A stretch of DNA of 63,474 bases, the filler included, from Octopus bimaculoides (lineage: Eukaryota), in the NCBI RefSeq assembly GCF_001194135.2. It is 5 parts of 4 records of this genome, joined end to end, with 100 filler letters (N's around TTAATTAATTAA, not from the genome) between each part and the next. Parts side by side here need not be neighbours in the genome. Positions count along the whole stretch, not along the records: positions 46,029 to 54,659 come from NC_068996.1; positions 54,760 to 63,474 come from NC_068996.1; 3 more parts are not named here. One strand, written 5' to 3'. The position numbers and the translations under genes are program-made. Under the pieces are notes generated by a model that had not been told where the DNA came from, made no database searches, and saw only the letters and a program-made list of their open reading frames with translations. Below, in pieces: positions 52,077 to 63,474 of this stretch (position 1 is the stretch's first letter; every line of letters starts with the position of its first letter).

Positions 52077-52586
52077 TCACACCCCCACACAAATGTGTGT
52101 ATTTTTCCCTTGTTAACAATTAACACGGAAAAAATGGATAAAAAGTTACCAGGGTTGCAAAAAATCACACAAGTAAAAAGGGTGTAACTCCTTGTTTTTA
52201 AAGGTAGAAACTCTGAGTTTACGTGAAATATTTTGTATAATATATATAGGCAAATAAATGGAGTTAAACGCACGTGTTATTCAAATTCTTTTACTTCCGA
52301 CACTTGTTTCGAAGATATCACTGGTATTATTCCAAAGGAATGAAATGGTGTAAAACGATGTAATCTTCTCTTCATGGAAATGAAGAAATGAAACTCGTCA
52401 ATAAGACATTTTAACAGAAAATGATGGATATGTAAAGTGATGAACTGAACTGAACGCTATTAAGTTAAAAAAAAAACATTAGAAGATATAACGTGAAAGG
52501 TAGCCTACAGAAAGAGGAGGGGTAAAGGAAAGAAAAAATCAGAAACCAAATAAATGAGAAGTATAGAACGATATGCAAATTAAATA

Positions 52587-54659
52587 AAACCCTTAAGTCT
52601 TAGAAAGAGATATATCTAGTGAATGAGAAATGAAAGAAGAAAATCAATGTTTAAATTATATATAATGATAGATATCACTTATATGAACTAAAGGTGTGTT
52701 TCTGCCAATGTTTACATCGGTATGCATGCTCTATAACCGTGTTTACACAGGGATTTTTAGAAAAAATAATAATAAATAGTTCAGAATTACAGAGAAGGCA
52801 GAATTCCTTGCCTTTATCATAAGGTAACGAAATTGAGAGAATCAACCAATCTAAATTAAATTGTTTATTGTGGTCTTTTAGATACCAAATTAATTTACTA
52901 AGCCCTGTAGTGGTACGTTTATTCCTATCCCTAAATGTAGAGTAATGATTAGAAATTCTTTTAGATAACTGAAAAGATGAACTGCCTATATAAAAAATAC
53001 ATCGTTACAGGAAGTAAGTTTACACTGGTACAGAGAATTTTTAATTTCAGAGCTACTTGACATAAACTTAATTCTGTTGTAATTGACTTCAGATACAATA
53101 ACCTTGTTATTAATATTTCTAGGGGGATGGATGGTATTAGCTAAATTAATGTTAGTATTAGTAAATGTATCCCTATTTAACAGGCTAATATTATGTGAGG
53201 GGATAATTTGTAAGAGATTTTTTGTGTTGGAAAAACCAATCCTAACCGTGTGTGAGTTGATAATAGAGTAATACCTAGAATTCTTTGGGAAATTCTTAAT
53301 AATAGCTTCACGAAACAGCAAGGGAAGATTAGATTTAATTTGCCTCTCATAAGGAATAATTAACCGAATGGTTTTACTATTAGTTACCTTATTTTAGTGT
53401 AACTGTCTTTGAAAGACATAGATTTACCTTTAGAACGAAAAACGGGGTTTAAATAAGGGTTATCTCCCTTCCTCTGTTTCGTGTTGGCGTATAAATTAAA
53501 ATTAATATCGTTTATATCCTTACAACTAGATTTCATATCTCCATTAGTAAAGATAGAATAAGATTGAATGGAATTAATGCAGGTAACTTTCTCTGTATAA
53601 CCTACTTTAAATAAGTCAGAGTTATAAAATTCGGCGTTATTATTGAAAATGTCAACATTAGCAGATAACTTAGACAATCTAAATGAAATATTCTTGACTA
53701 AGTTTCTAGTAATTGCCCTAGAATGATTACTGAATTTGCTAATATACTTAAGATTGGTCGATGGTTTGTGGTATGGGAAGTACGAGTTATTTGTGTAAGT
53801 TAAGTGTAATATCTAAAAGGTTGGCCTTCGTTGCATCATCATCAAAAACGATGCTTAAGCCCATTCCACGGAAAAACTTACCTAAACTATTCTTAACTTT
53901 TTGTACTTTTTGGTTGGAAACATTTTGAAGGTAAAGGAAACAATCATCACGATATAGACCTCCATTTATGTTTGTGAACTGTTCTGCCATTTCAAAAAGT
54001 ATATGTATACAGACTAAATTAGCAACTTGTGCTGAATCAGAACTTCCCATCGTAACATCAAAACTATCGGGTGTGTCTTTACGGACCCACATCTTATTGT
54101 CAAACTTTATGATAGATTTTCTGGCGGCCAACACAACATTAATTTCTTCCCTGGTGAGACCAGCTTTATTATGAGCAAGCCAAAGTACCTTATTAAGTAC
54201 TATTGGGTTGATGGATGAATAAAAACTAGAAATGTCAAACTGGATAGACTTAGTGCTCCTCAGGCAGTTCATCTCAGTTATCTAAAAGAATTTCTAATCA
54301 TTACTCTACACTTAGGGATAGAAATAAACGTAACAGTAAAGAACTTAGTAAATTAATTTGGTATCTAAAAGACCACAATAAACAATTTAATTTAGATTGG
54401 TTGATTCTCTCAATTTCGTTACCTTATGATAAAAGCAAGGAACTCTGCCTTCTCTGTAATTCTGAACTATTTATTATTATTTTTTCTAAAAATCCCTGTG
54501 TAAACTCGGTTATAGAGCATGCATACCGATGTAAACATTGGCAGAAACACACCTTTAGTTCATATAAGTGATATCTATCATTATATATAATTTAAACATT
54601 GATTTTCTTCTTTCATTTCTCATTCACTAGATATATCTCTTTCTAAGACTTAAGGGTTT
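52587..54659 (-). mobile_element. Penelope-like retroelement (RT plus C-terminal GIY-YIG) with an inverted copy of its 3' end at the 5' truncation
   Basis: QFDISSFYSSI, FDVTMGSSDSAQVANLV, GLYRDDCF, LLDITLNL, YHKP, IINSHTVRIGFSN, SLYQCK...FYIGSS...KRISNH...CLLCNSE, stop at 52675-52677; few frameshifts; 54262-54659 is the reverse complement of 52587-52987. Confidence 0.92.
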
Positions 54660-54703
54660 NNNNNNNNNNNNNNNNNNNNNNNNNNNNNNNNNNNNNNNNN
54701 NNN

Positions 54704-54715
54704 TTAATTAATTAA
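54704..54715. other. Artificial scaffold-join linker TTAATTAATTAA
   Basis: 44N-linker-44N. Confidence 0.93.
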
Positions 54716-55195
54716 NNNNNNNNNNNNNNNNNNNNNNNNNNNNNNNNNNNNNNNNNNNNATACGTATATGTATATATTTGTACACAAACCAGTATATGTA
54801 GTATTAGACAGTTTAAGTATATATTCATTAAATTCGGCTGAAATTGTTAGGTGAACGTTTGGCCCCATCGGATGCGCAAGGAGCCAAGTAAGCTTTGATC
54901 TATGGGTNNNNNNNNNNCGGAAGATAGAGTATACTGGAAACTTTATTTATCACAACAGTCGTTTCGATACATACTGTACCGCTCCCTCGTGGGTGGGAAA
55001 TACGTGAGACGCATCGAGATTGCGACTGTGTATTTGTGTATGTACTTGCATATATATTTAAATGTATATACATAATAATGTGTATGTGTGTGTGTGTGTT
55101 TGCGTGTGTGTCTATATACATATATATGTGTACGTATATGTATATATTTGTACACAAACCAGTATATGTAGTATTAGACAGTTTAAGTATATATT

Positions 55196-55315
55196 CATTA
55201 AATTCGGCTGAAATTGTTAGGTGAACGTTTGGCCCCATCGGATGCGCAAGGAGCCAAGTAAGCTTTGATCTATGGGTTCGATTCTGGCTCGAGTTAGCTC
55301 ATCACTTTTCGGTCA
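55196..55315 (+). repeat. ~120-bp direct repeat with Pol III A/B-box-like motifs, copy A
   Basis: tggccccatcgg (A-like) and ggttcgattct (B-like); near-identical copy at 55919-56040. Confidence 0.7.
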
Positions 55316-55918
55316 TTTTTTGTATTTAAAAATTGTCACTTCAAATCGGAAAATATATATCATTATACAGTTATGCACACACACACACACTCCTCACAGA
55401 TATATATATGGATCTGCGTATATGTGTGTGTGCACGTATGTGTGTATACATATTTAGATTTAAGACTCACATACCGCACATAGTCATCCGGTCTCCGGAG
55501 CCACCACATGGGTAAATAACCCATTTCCTTTTATCTGCCTTATCTTTCAACCAATGTGATGACTCTGGGACTGCAGTATGTAAATGCGCGTGATCTAGGG
55601 TCACCCTGGAAGCCAGGTCACCGGCTCAACGATCTCACTCGGGTCGATAGATTCGGATGTGGTAGCACTTGGGACACAGATGCCTTAGCAACCAATTTTG
55701 CTGATTTTGAGATCCTGACATCGCCCACTTGACCCGGAATGAGTGGAGGATACGGTTGGTGTTGTGAATAGTTGCTGTTTATCCCCCGATTTAGGTGGGG
55801 TAGCCGGGTTTCTTCATGCATTTGGAGGCGTTCCTGGGAACATCCCACTCTTTCGTAATTGTGGGTGTTTTGAATGTCACTTTGGATACACATCTAAAGT
55901 ATTATAAAGGTAAAAAGA

Positions 55919-56040
55919 CATTAAATTCGGCTGAAATTGATAGGTGAGCCAATTTGGCCCCATCGGATGCGCAAGGAGCCAAGTAAGCTTTGATCTATGG
56001 GTTCGATTCTGGCTCCGGTTAGCTCATCACTTTTCGGTCA
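55919..56040 (+). repeat. ~120-bp direct repeat, copy B
   Basis: Differs from 55196-55315 by only a few substitutions and a small indel. Confidence 0.7.
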
Positions 56041-56044
56041 AATT

Positions 56045-57800
56045 CTTGCCAACTCAGACCACAAATTTGTGATCTGCACAGTCAACCTATAAAAGCTGTA
56101 CAACAGGGACCCAGAGTCACTGGAAACTGAATGCTTCTTTTTGACGCGCCAAGCTTTCAAAATCTATGTTAAAGAACAAGTTGAGGGAGTTCACAAGGAA
56201 ATCATCAACAACTGATGGTGGTTAATCCTGAAAATAGACTATTTTATTAGAATCGATTAAGCTTATTAAGGAATAAGTGATATAAAATTCTAGAGTAGAG
56301 GTTGAATTAGTAAACTAGCAGAGGCGTTTATAAAAAAAACTGCAACTGGGGTGCTGACGGCGATATTGGCCCTTGATTGATTTCAAAGCTAAGCACTAAG
56401 GTTCGTCGTCAGAGGTAGGTCAGGCGTTCTAAGGAATAAGGGAATGAAAACCGTTCGATAAGCCCTGGTAGTAGAGACAACATAAAAAATCCATAATTTG
56501 GTCTTTGACGGATCGGGAATGGCTGCTCGATTCCAAGCAGGTTTGTGAGTCTTCACAGTGACACTTGATTCGACTGTTTGGGGCGAGCGGGGGACAAGAG
56601 ATGGGTTTGAACTTTACGGCCAATATCGATGACTTGCTGCAAGTCTCGACTGAAGATGCAGTGTCCCGCAAAAAGTTGATACCAGCTGACGAAATAGGGG
56701 AAGCACTGAAGGTCCGCACAAGGGAGAAGTTGTTGGGGCTGGATGGTCTGCCCTACGAGCTTTATCTTTCATAGATTTGCGAAAAGAAGAGTGTTGTAGC
56801 GGCTGAGAAAGGACCCGAACAAGTGGATTGATTTTTAACAACTTTTGATCAATGAGTCTGCTAAATGCGAAGTTGAAGTTTTTGGCCAAGGTTAGGTTAG
56901 TTGGTACTTGGCTAACTTAGCTAACCTCTGATTGATGAGGCACCATCAGATACTTTGATGGGTGACGCATAGACATGCGCTATACAAACAGATCTATCCA
57001 CGACAATCTCCACCTCGCACAAAACATCATAGAAAGGTTGGGTAAAGAAGCTAACATGGTGGGGCCCTGATCAGTCGAAACGAAGCGTTGGGTAGACTAT
57101 CAAGGTTTGGCATGTACTCTGATGATGGCTGGTTTCGGACCTATCTTCAGAGGCTGGATGGCTGTAGTATACAGCTAGATTTGTTCGCGGTTCAGAGTAA
57201 ATGGTCACCTCTCGGAATTGTCCAGTATCATACAATCTGTCTATCGAGAGTTGCATCCTGTGACAACAAGAATACTGAAAATTCGTATTTTCTCATGCAG
57301 GGAACGTCACTGTAATAGTGCTGGATACCAAACACGTCTATCTAGGTGACCGGCACTGCTCTAAGGGAATAGGAATACGGAGTGGGTAACAAGAGCAAAA
57401 ATTAATCATGAGAAGGCCGTAGGGCGGGCGTCTCAGTACCTGGATAAGCGGACCGATTAAATTACTTAGGGTTTGATTTGGTACAGACCTCCGGATGGAC
57501 AAGAGCTAGAAAGCGGAGGCAACTACAGGGTTTGTCTCGGCAGGAAATAGGCTGAAAGGAAAAAAATCACTGACGAGTTGGGAGGGAGATGGCGAATGAC
57601 TACATCGCATCCGTTATCTGCTCCAGCCTGATCGTCGTGCTTTACCCTGCGTCATTGCTGGCCAGAATGGAGCTCATGCTCTACCACTTTCTGCGGAAGA
57701 GACGCATTCCAGCGGTCAGACTGTCCGTTTACTGTCAACATACGCTGACATAGAGAACAGAGCATGCGTTGGCTAATGATGCATGCGCTGAGGCTTCGCT
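56045..57800 (+). mobile_element. Degraded Tx1/L1-clade LINE fragment
   Basis: SDHKFV / WKLNASF EN end, ADEIGEALK...GLDGLPYELY, DQSK-type motif; similar to 36060-38680. Confidence 0.8.
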
Positions 57801-58439
57801 ATCTCCAACGTTTCTTCTAATTAAATTAGGCAAATTACCGCAGTAATAAATGTGTTCTATTCCTTCTATTATAATGAAAGCGCGATTCTGTCCGTCTGGG
57901 ACCCTTGTATCTCAGTCTACATTTGCTCTATATAGACATATTATACCATTTTGGAATCAAGAAGATCCTGGGATTGAAAACCTGCCCTTCATTTGGTTCT
58001 TGAACATCTAGTATTAAGATCTGAGTTAAAAGTATTTGGGTTGCTATTTCTAGCAGTTAAAACTTGACTATTCACACCATCTTGGTTGGCGTTTGTCAGA
58101 TGACGTCAGAGATCAAGGGAAGAGATAAATGTCATGGTGATGACAGTTATTGAGTCTGAAGCACGTATGCTCAATTGTTATTATATCTCCAGGTACTAAA
58201 CCTGTCTTTTTCCTTTATAAATTCTTACCTCATGAGATTATCTCCCTTGATTATCTCCTTTTTCTTAAGTGAAGCTGGTATTAATTCTGATTTGTTAATT
58301 ATGATACATCCACTTGGCACAGATAATTTTTATAAATCAAGCATTCATGTTGTATGATATTTGATATACTCGTATTTGTAAACACACAAATACATACACA
58401 CACACACACATACACTTATATGTCGTTATATATGTATTT

Positions 58440-58461
58440 ATATATATATATAAAACCGAGA

Positions 58462-58534
<73 letters not shown>

Positions 58535-58562
58535 TGTGTGTGTGTGAGTGTGTGTGTGTGTG

Positions 58563-58593
<31 letters not shown>

Positions 58594-58900
58594 GTGTTTG
58601 TATGTGTGTATCACTAACACTCGAGAACTACCGAACCGATTTCATTAAAATTTTACACATACACCACTCAGGATCCATGGAGTACCATGAGCCAAAAACT
58701 TTTCGACTTCCTGCCTAATGCGAGCCTGAAGCAATCTCTTCGGCTGTTTCGGTATAACGTGTCAAAAGTGAAACAAAAACATCTCTATTGTAATGTGAGA
58801 TAATACTTTCACTTTTAATAGTTACACTATTAATAGTTTCACTATGCATATAATATATACATAGTGAAACTATTAAAACTGAAACTATTATCTCACATTA
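58440..58900 (+). mobile_element. Non-autonomous Helitron-like (microsatellite-carrying) element
   Basis: tatataaaaccgagaat-(GT)n-(GTCT)n-...accgatttcattaaaattttacac architecture; ends in an imperfect ~110-bp hairpin. Confidence 0.5.
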
Positions 58901-59076
58901 CATATATATATATGTGTGTGTATATATATGTATATATATACATAAACATATGCATATAAATATATATATATGAATATATACATATATGTATGTATATATA
59001 CATATATATGTGTGTGTATATGTATACATATGTATATATACATGTATATATATATATGTATATATATACATATATG

Positions 59077-59109
<33 letters not shown>

Positions 59110-59372
59110 NNNNNNNNNNATATATATATATATATGTGTGTGTGTGTATGTGTGTGTGTGTGTGTGTATACATGTATGCATACATGTATATATATGTGTA
59201 TACATATACATGTATATATATACACATATATATGAATATAGATATATATTCATATATATACATATACATCTATATATATAGTTATATATGCATATAAATC
59301 TATACATACATGACTGAAACAAGTAAAACAATAGAAGAGACTATGCCATTTTAATCCCGTGCATCTCTGTTA

Positions 59373-59408
<36 letters not shown>

Positions 59409-60403
59409 NNNNNNNNNNNNNNNNNNNNNNNNNNNNNNNNNNNNNNNNNNNNNNNNNNNNNNNNNNNNNNNNNNNNNNNNNNNNNNNNNNNNNNNNNNNN
59501 NNNNNNNNNNNNNNNNNNNNNNNNNNNNNNNNNNNNNNNNNNNNNNNNNNNNNNNNNNNNNNNNNNNNNNNNNNNNNNNNNNNNNNNNNNNNNNNNNNNN
59601 NNNNNNNNNNNNNNNNNNNNNNNNNNNNNNNNNNNNNNNNNNNNNNNNNNNNNNNNNNNNNNNNNNNNNNNNNNNNNNNNNNNNNNNNNNNNNNNNNNNN
59701 NNNNNNNNNNNNNNNNNNNNNNNNNNNNNNNNNNNNNNNNNNNNNNNNNNNNNNNNNNNNNNNNNNNNNNNNNNNNNNNNNNNNNNNNNNNNNNNNNNNN
59801 NNNNNNNNNNNNNNNNNNNNNNNNNNNNNNNNNNNNNNNNNNNNNNNNNNNNNNNNNNNNNNNNNNNNNNNNNNNNNNNNNNNNNNNNNNNNNNNNNNNN
59901 NNNNNNNNNNNNNNNNNNNNNNNNNNNNNNNNNNNNNNNNNNNNNNNNNNNNNNNNNNNNNNNNNNNNNNNNNNNNNNNNNNNNNNNNNNNNNNNNNNNN
60001 NNNNNNNNNNNNNNNNNNNNNNNNNNNNNNNNNNNNNNNNNNNNNNNNNNNNNNNNNNNNNNNNNNNNNNNNNNNNNNNNNNNNNNNNNNNNNNNNNNNN
60101 NNNNNNNNNNNNNNNNNNNNNNNNNNNNNNNNNNNNNNNNNNNNNNNNNNNNNNNNNNNNNNNNNNNNNNNNNNNNNNNNNNNNNNNNNNNNNNNNNNNN
60201 NNNNNNNNNNNNNNNNNNNNNNNNNNNNNNNNNNNNNNNNNNNNNNNNNNNNNNNNNNNNNNNNNNNNNNNNNNNNNNNNNNNNNNNNNNNNNNNNNNNN
60301 NNNNNNNNNNNNNNNNNNNNNNNNNNNNNNNNNNNNNNNNNNNNNNNNNNNNNNNNNNNNNNNNNNNNNNNNNNNNNNNNNNNNNNNNNNNNNNNNNNNN
60401 NNN

Positions 60404-60461
<58 letters not shown>

Positions 60462-60771
60462 GTGTGTGTGTGTGTGTTCACTTCTTTCATTTGTCCTTTC
60501 TCACAACTTGTGTATAGAGAACTACACTATATTATCGAATTGTTTCTTCATCATCATCATCATCAGAAGCAGCAGCAGCAGCAGTAGCAGCTGTGTCAAC
60601 ATCATCACCATCATCGTCGTCACCGTTGTAGTCGTCGTCATCAACACCATCACCACTACCACTACCTGCATCGTTATCAATAACAACAACAACAACAACA
60701 ACAACACTAATTCTGCAACACAAGAAACTGGATTCTCTTTAACCACAATCCTGGAAATAATATATACTCTT

Positions 60772-61160
60772 TACTCTTTTACTTGTTTCAGTCTTTTTAC
60801 TGTGGCCATGCTGGAGCACCGCCTTTAGTTGAGCAAATCGACCCTAGGACTTATTCTTTTGAAGCCTAGTACTTATTCTATTGGTCTCTTTTGCGGAACT
60901 GCTAAGTTACGGGGACATAAACTCACCAGCATCGGTTGTCAAGCGATGTTGGGGTGGGGGGGAAACACAGACACACAAACATATACACACACACATATAT
61001 ATATATACATATATACGACGGGCTTCTTTCAGTTTCCGTCTACTAAATCCACTTACAAGACTTTGGTTGGCCTGAGGCTATAGTAGAAGACACTTGCCCA
61101 AGGTGCCATGCAGTGGGACTGAACTCGGAACTATGTGGTTGGTAAGCAAGCTACTTACCA
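60772..61160 (-). mobile_element. Near full-length tRNA-derived SINE
   Basis: Minus strand head ggcgtaggagtggctgtgtggtaag...gagttcagtccc; similar to 11250-11655. Confidence 0.88.
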
Positions 61161-61639
61161 CACAGCCACTCCTACGCCTATATGCTAATTTTTTGTCATT
61201 AACATTCTATCGATTCCGAAGAGAAATGAATCCATAGATTTTTTCACACGAATACATGTAAAATATTTCATCCCGCTCCGAGACACAGATTCCAACTTTG
61301 ATTTAAAGGGAAATAATTTATCACCAAAACATGGAGTTATTTCCCTTACCATTATTTTTCACTTTTTTCGTTCTTTTTCTTGTTTAGCTTAATTTTGCAA
61401 CACATTTTAAGATAATCGACTTCGCGTAACACTGCATTATCTCGTTATGTTTATTAAACTAATAATAATTAGAAAAAAAAAACGAAAGAAAGAAATAGTA
61501 TTAACGATAATGCTCCTTGTACAAGGAAAAATCTACATCTTTTTGATAGTTTGAAGATTTTCGGTTAAGTAATTCTGCCAACATTTTATCTTTTTCTCTG
61601 TTTCTTTGTGAAAGTAATTCTGGAGACTATTGGTTTCAC

Positions 61640-61805
61640 ATATTTCAGTCATTTTGACTGCGGCCATGCTGGAGCGCCGCCATAAGGGGTCTTTTAGTTT
61701 AAGAAATTGACCCCAGGACTTATTCTTTGTAAGCCTAGCACTTATTCTAGCGGTCAGTTTTTGCTGAACCGTTAAGTTACGGAGATGAAAACACACCAAG
61801 ACTGG
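61640..61805 (-). mobile_element. SINE 3' fragment
   Basis: tttcagtcattttgactgcggccatgctggagc...ccccaggacttattctttgtaagcctag, same family as above. Confidence 0.75.
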
Positions 61806-61809
61806 TTGT

Positions 61810-62105
61810 GGAAATCAGCTGCCTTCTGGACACCACTGTAGTTAGAAAAATACCAAAGAAAGAGGACATCTATGAACTATTGATAAGGAGTTTGCAAATC
61901 CAGTCCCCAAGATACACTTTCATCTTCATACCTATTATTATTATTGGAGCAACAGGATACATACCAAGCTCTCTGGAACAAAATCAAAATGGCTGAACAT
62001 GAGATCTTGAGGGAAAGAATACAAACTCTTAATTGAAACGCTACAAATGATCACGATATCTAGGACTATAAAAATCGGCATGATCTTAAGATTTAAAATA
62101 TGATG
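61810..62105 (+). mobile_element. 3' fragment of an RLE-type (R2/Hero/NeSL-like) LINE
   Basis: EISCLLD...KKEDIYELL...PRYTFIFIPIIIIGATGYIP, an RLE C-terminal pattern. Confidence 0.6.
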
Positions 62106-62209
62106 GTTAAAACAAGGCGCTTTCTTTTACAACTTTGCTATCAGGCAGGAGGCCGATCAAAATATATTCTAAATCAAAAAGAGATAGAATACGCATATAC
62201 ATATTCGCG

Positions 62210-62242
<33 letters not shown>

Positions 62243-62922
62243 GTGGAGTATCCCGTCGTTACCGGGTAATTTTCACAATTGAGTGCCCTGACGGATTTTC
62301 GGAATAGCACATCCCATAAGTTGGATTTTCACCGTTTTGATGGGGATTTTTCAAATTTGTTTTTCACCAACACTCTTGCTAATATGATAGGAGCAGGAGA
62401 GCTTTTTATGGAAAGAATTTTATGAAAATTCATGAATTTCCCCATTCTTCCGGAACGATTTTGTTCACTTTTTATAATTATATTTTTTCCTTTTTCTTTC
62501 TTGCTTTTTCTCTTTTCTTTTTTTTTTTCTTGTTTTGTCCCACACACTTAAAAACAATGGGTCGCCTTCTACATAGACAAAAAATGAAAGAAAAGATTGA
62601 AAATTTGTGAATTCTTTTCAAATTTTCAAATCCCTTTTTTCCAACTCAATTCTGATTTTGCATTCTGCCTCCTACCAAACATCTTTTTTTTTTTTTCTTT
62701 TTTTTTTTTGGCACTTCAGCTTAAAACCATGGACTTAAAACCTTGAAAGTTAAAAAAAAAAATTTTATTTGGGAAATCGACGTTACTAATACCACTTTAT
62801 TTTCAAACAGAGAATGAAACGTAATTTAAAAGCAATAGTGAGTACTTTTAGAAACATTTGCTACTACTTAAATACAGAGATTCCTATGCATCTACGCAAG
62901 GTTGTTTTTATAGTGCACACTC

Positions 62923-63088
62923 GTTATGGTTAGGGTTAGTTTTAAGGTTAGTTTTAGGGTTAGAGTTAAGGTTTAGGGTTAGTTTTAGAGTTAGAGTTAG
63001 GGTTTAGGGTTAATTTTAAGGTTAAGGTTAAGGTTTAGGGTTAGTCTTAGGGTTAGCGTTAGGGTTTAGGCTTGGTTTTAGGGTTAGG
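62923..63088 (+). repeat. Degenerate interstitial telomere-like (TTAGGG) array
   Basis: ttaggg mixed with ttagag, ttaagg and tttaggg variants over ~165 bp. Confidence 0.8.
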
Positions 63089-63474
63089 ATTACATAGATG
63101 GGTCGGGACCTCTGTATTTAAGTAGCACCAAAATTTTTAATACCTTCCCCACCCCCAATCCCATAAATACTAAAATTTTGCCTTTTTTCGAATTTCTGGA
63201 TATTTTTTTTTTTCTAATCAGTTTTAAAATACGGACAGTCCAAATCTGTTTATAATTTCAAAATAATTTTCAGACGAAAAGGTGTGTGATTTAAAGGAGA
63301 TTTAGCTGTTGCTTCTCGCACATCCCACCCACACCTGAAATTTTGAAATTAAGTGAAAATTTTCAAATTTAGTATATTGATGTACTTCTTCACGATGAAT
63401 CCAAGTTTGAAATACATTTATTCAAGAAAAAGTTAGAAAAATATAACAGAGGTTTAAAGCTATATATAAAAGCG

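Noticed and set aside
52295-52340. Possible hammerhead relic downstream of the PLE 3' end (minus: UUCC...GAAACAAGUGUC-GGAA)
   Set aside because: The CUGANGA half of the core is not recognisable
52675-54272. Selenocysteine-type in-frame UGA recoding as reported for some Penelope clades
   Set aside because: The interruptions I traced are frameshifts and non-UGA stops, and the endonuclease is C-terminal
54761-54907. Exact 147-bp duplicate of 55131-55277
   Set aside because: Perfect identity beside a 10-N gap at a contig start suggests an unmerged overlap or haplotype artefact

Overview
This is AT-rich, repeat-dense animal genomic DNA with spliceosomal introns. Its SINE/LINE families and microsatellite load resemble an octopus-type cephalopod genome, but that is an inference. 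Two host genes lie tail-to-tail. The last three coding exons of a VCPKMT/METTL21D-like methyltransferase are on + (7070-7250, 11922-12041, 12695-12805), and the last two coding exons of MORN2 are on - (24824-24581, 14292-14187). Their 5' exons were not found. The rest is mostly decayed mobile DNA: RTE-clade LINEs, tRNA-derived SINEs, a Helitron relic, two Penelope-like elements (RT plus C-terminal GIY-YIG), Tx1/L1-clade LINEs, R4/Dong-like RLE LINEs and fold-back MITEs. There is also a gapped ~7 kb 15/18-bp minisatellite that reads (PTTTSI)n. Four 44N-TTAATTAATTAA-44N spacers are artificial joins, so adjacency across them is not biological evidence. I cannot demonstrate a new protein-coding system. 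The best leads are two well-formed type I hammerhead ribozyme motifs (22810-22893 on the MORN2 pre-mRNA strand; 13623-13660 inside an antisense hairpin), a twin-priming-like inversion of an R4/Dong-like LINE, repeated fold-back junctions in several TE classes, and a possible mucin-like repeat exon. All alignments, folds and identities were judged by eye; no searches were run.
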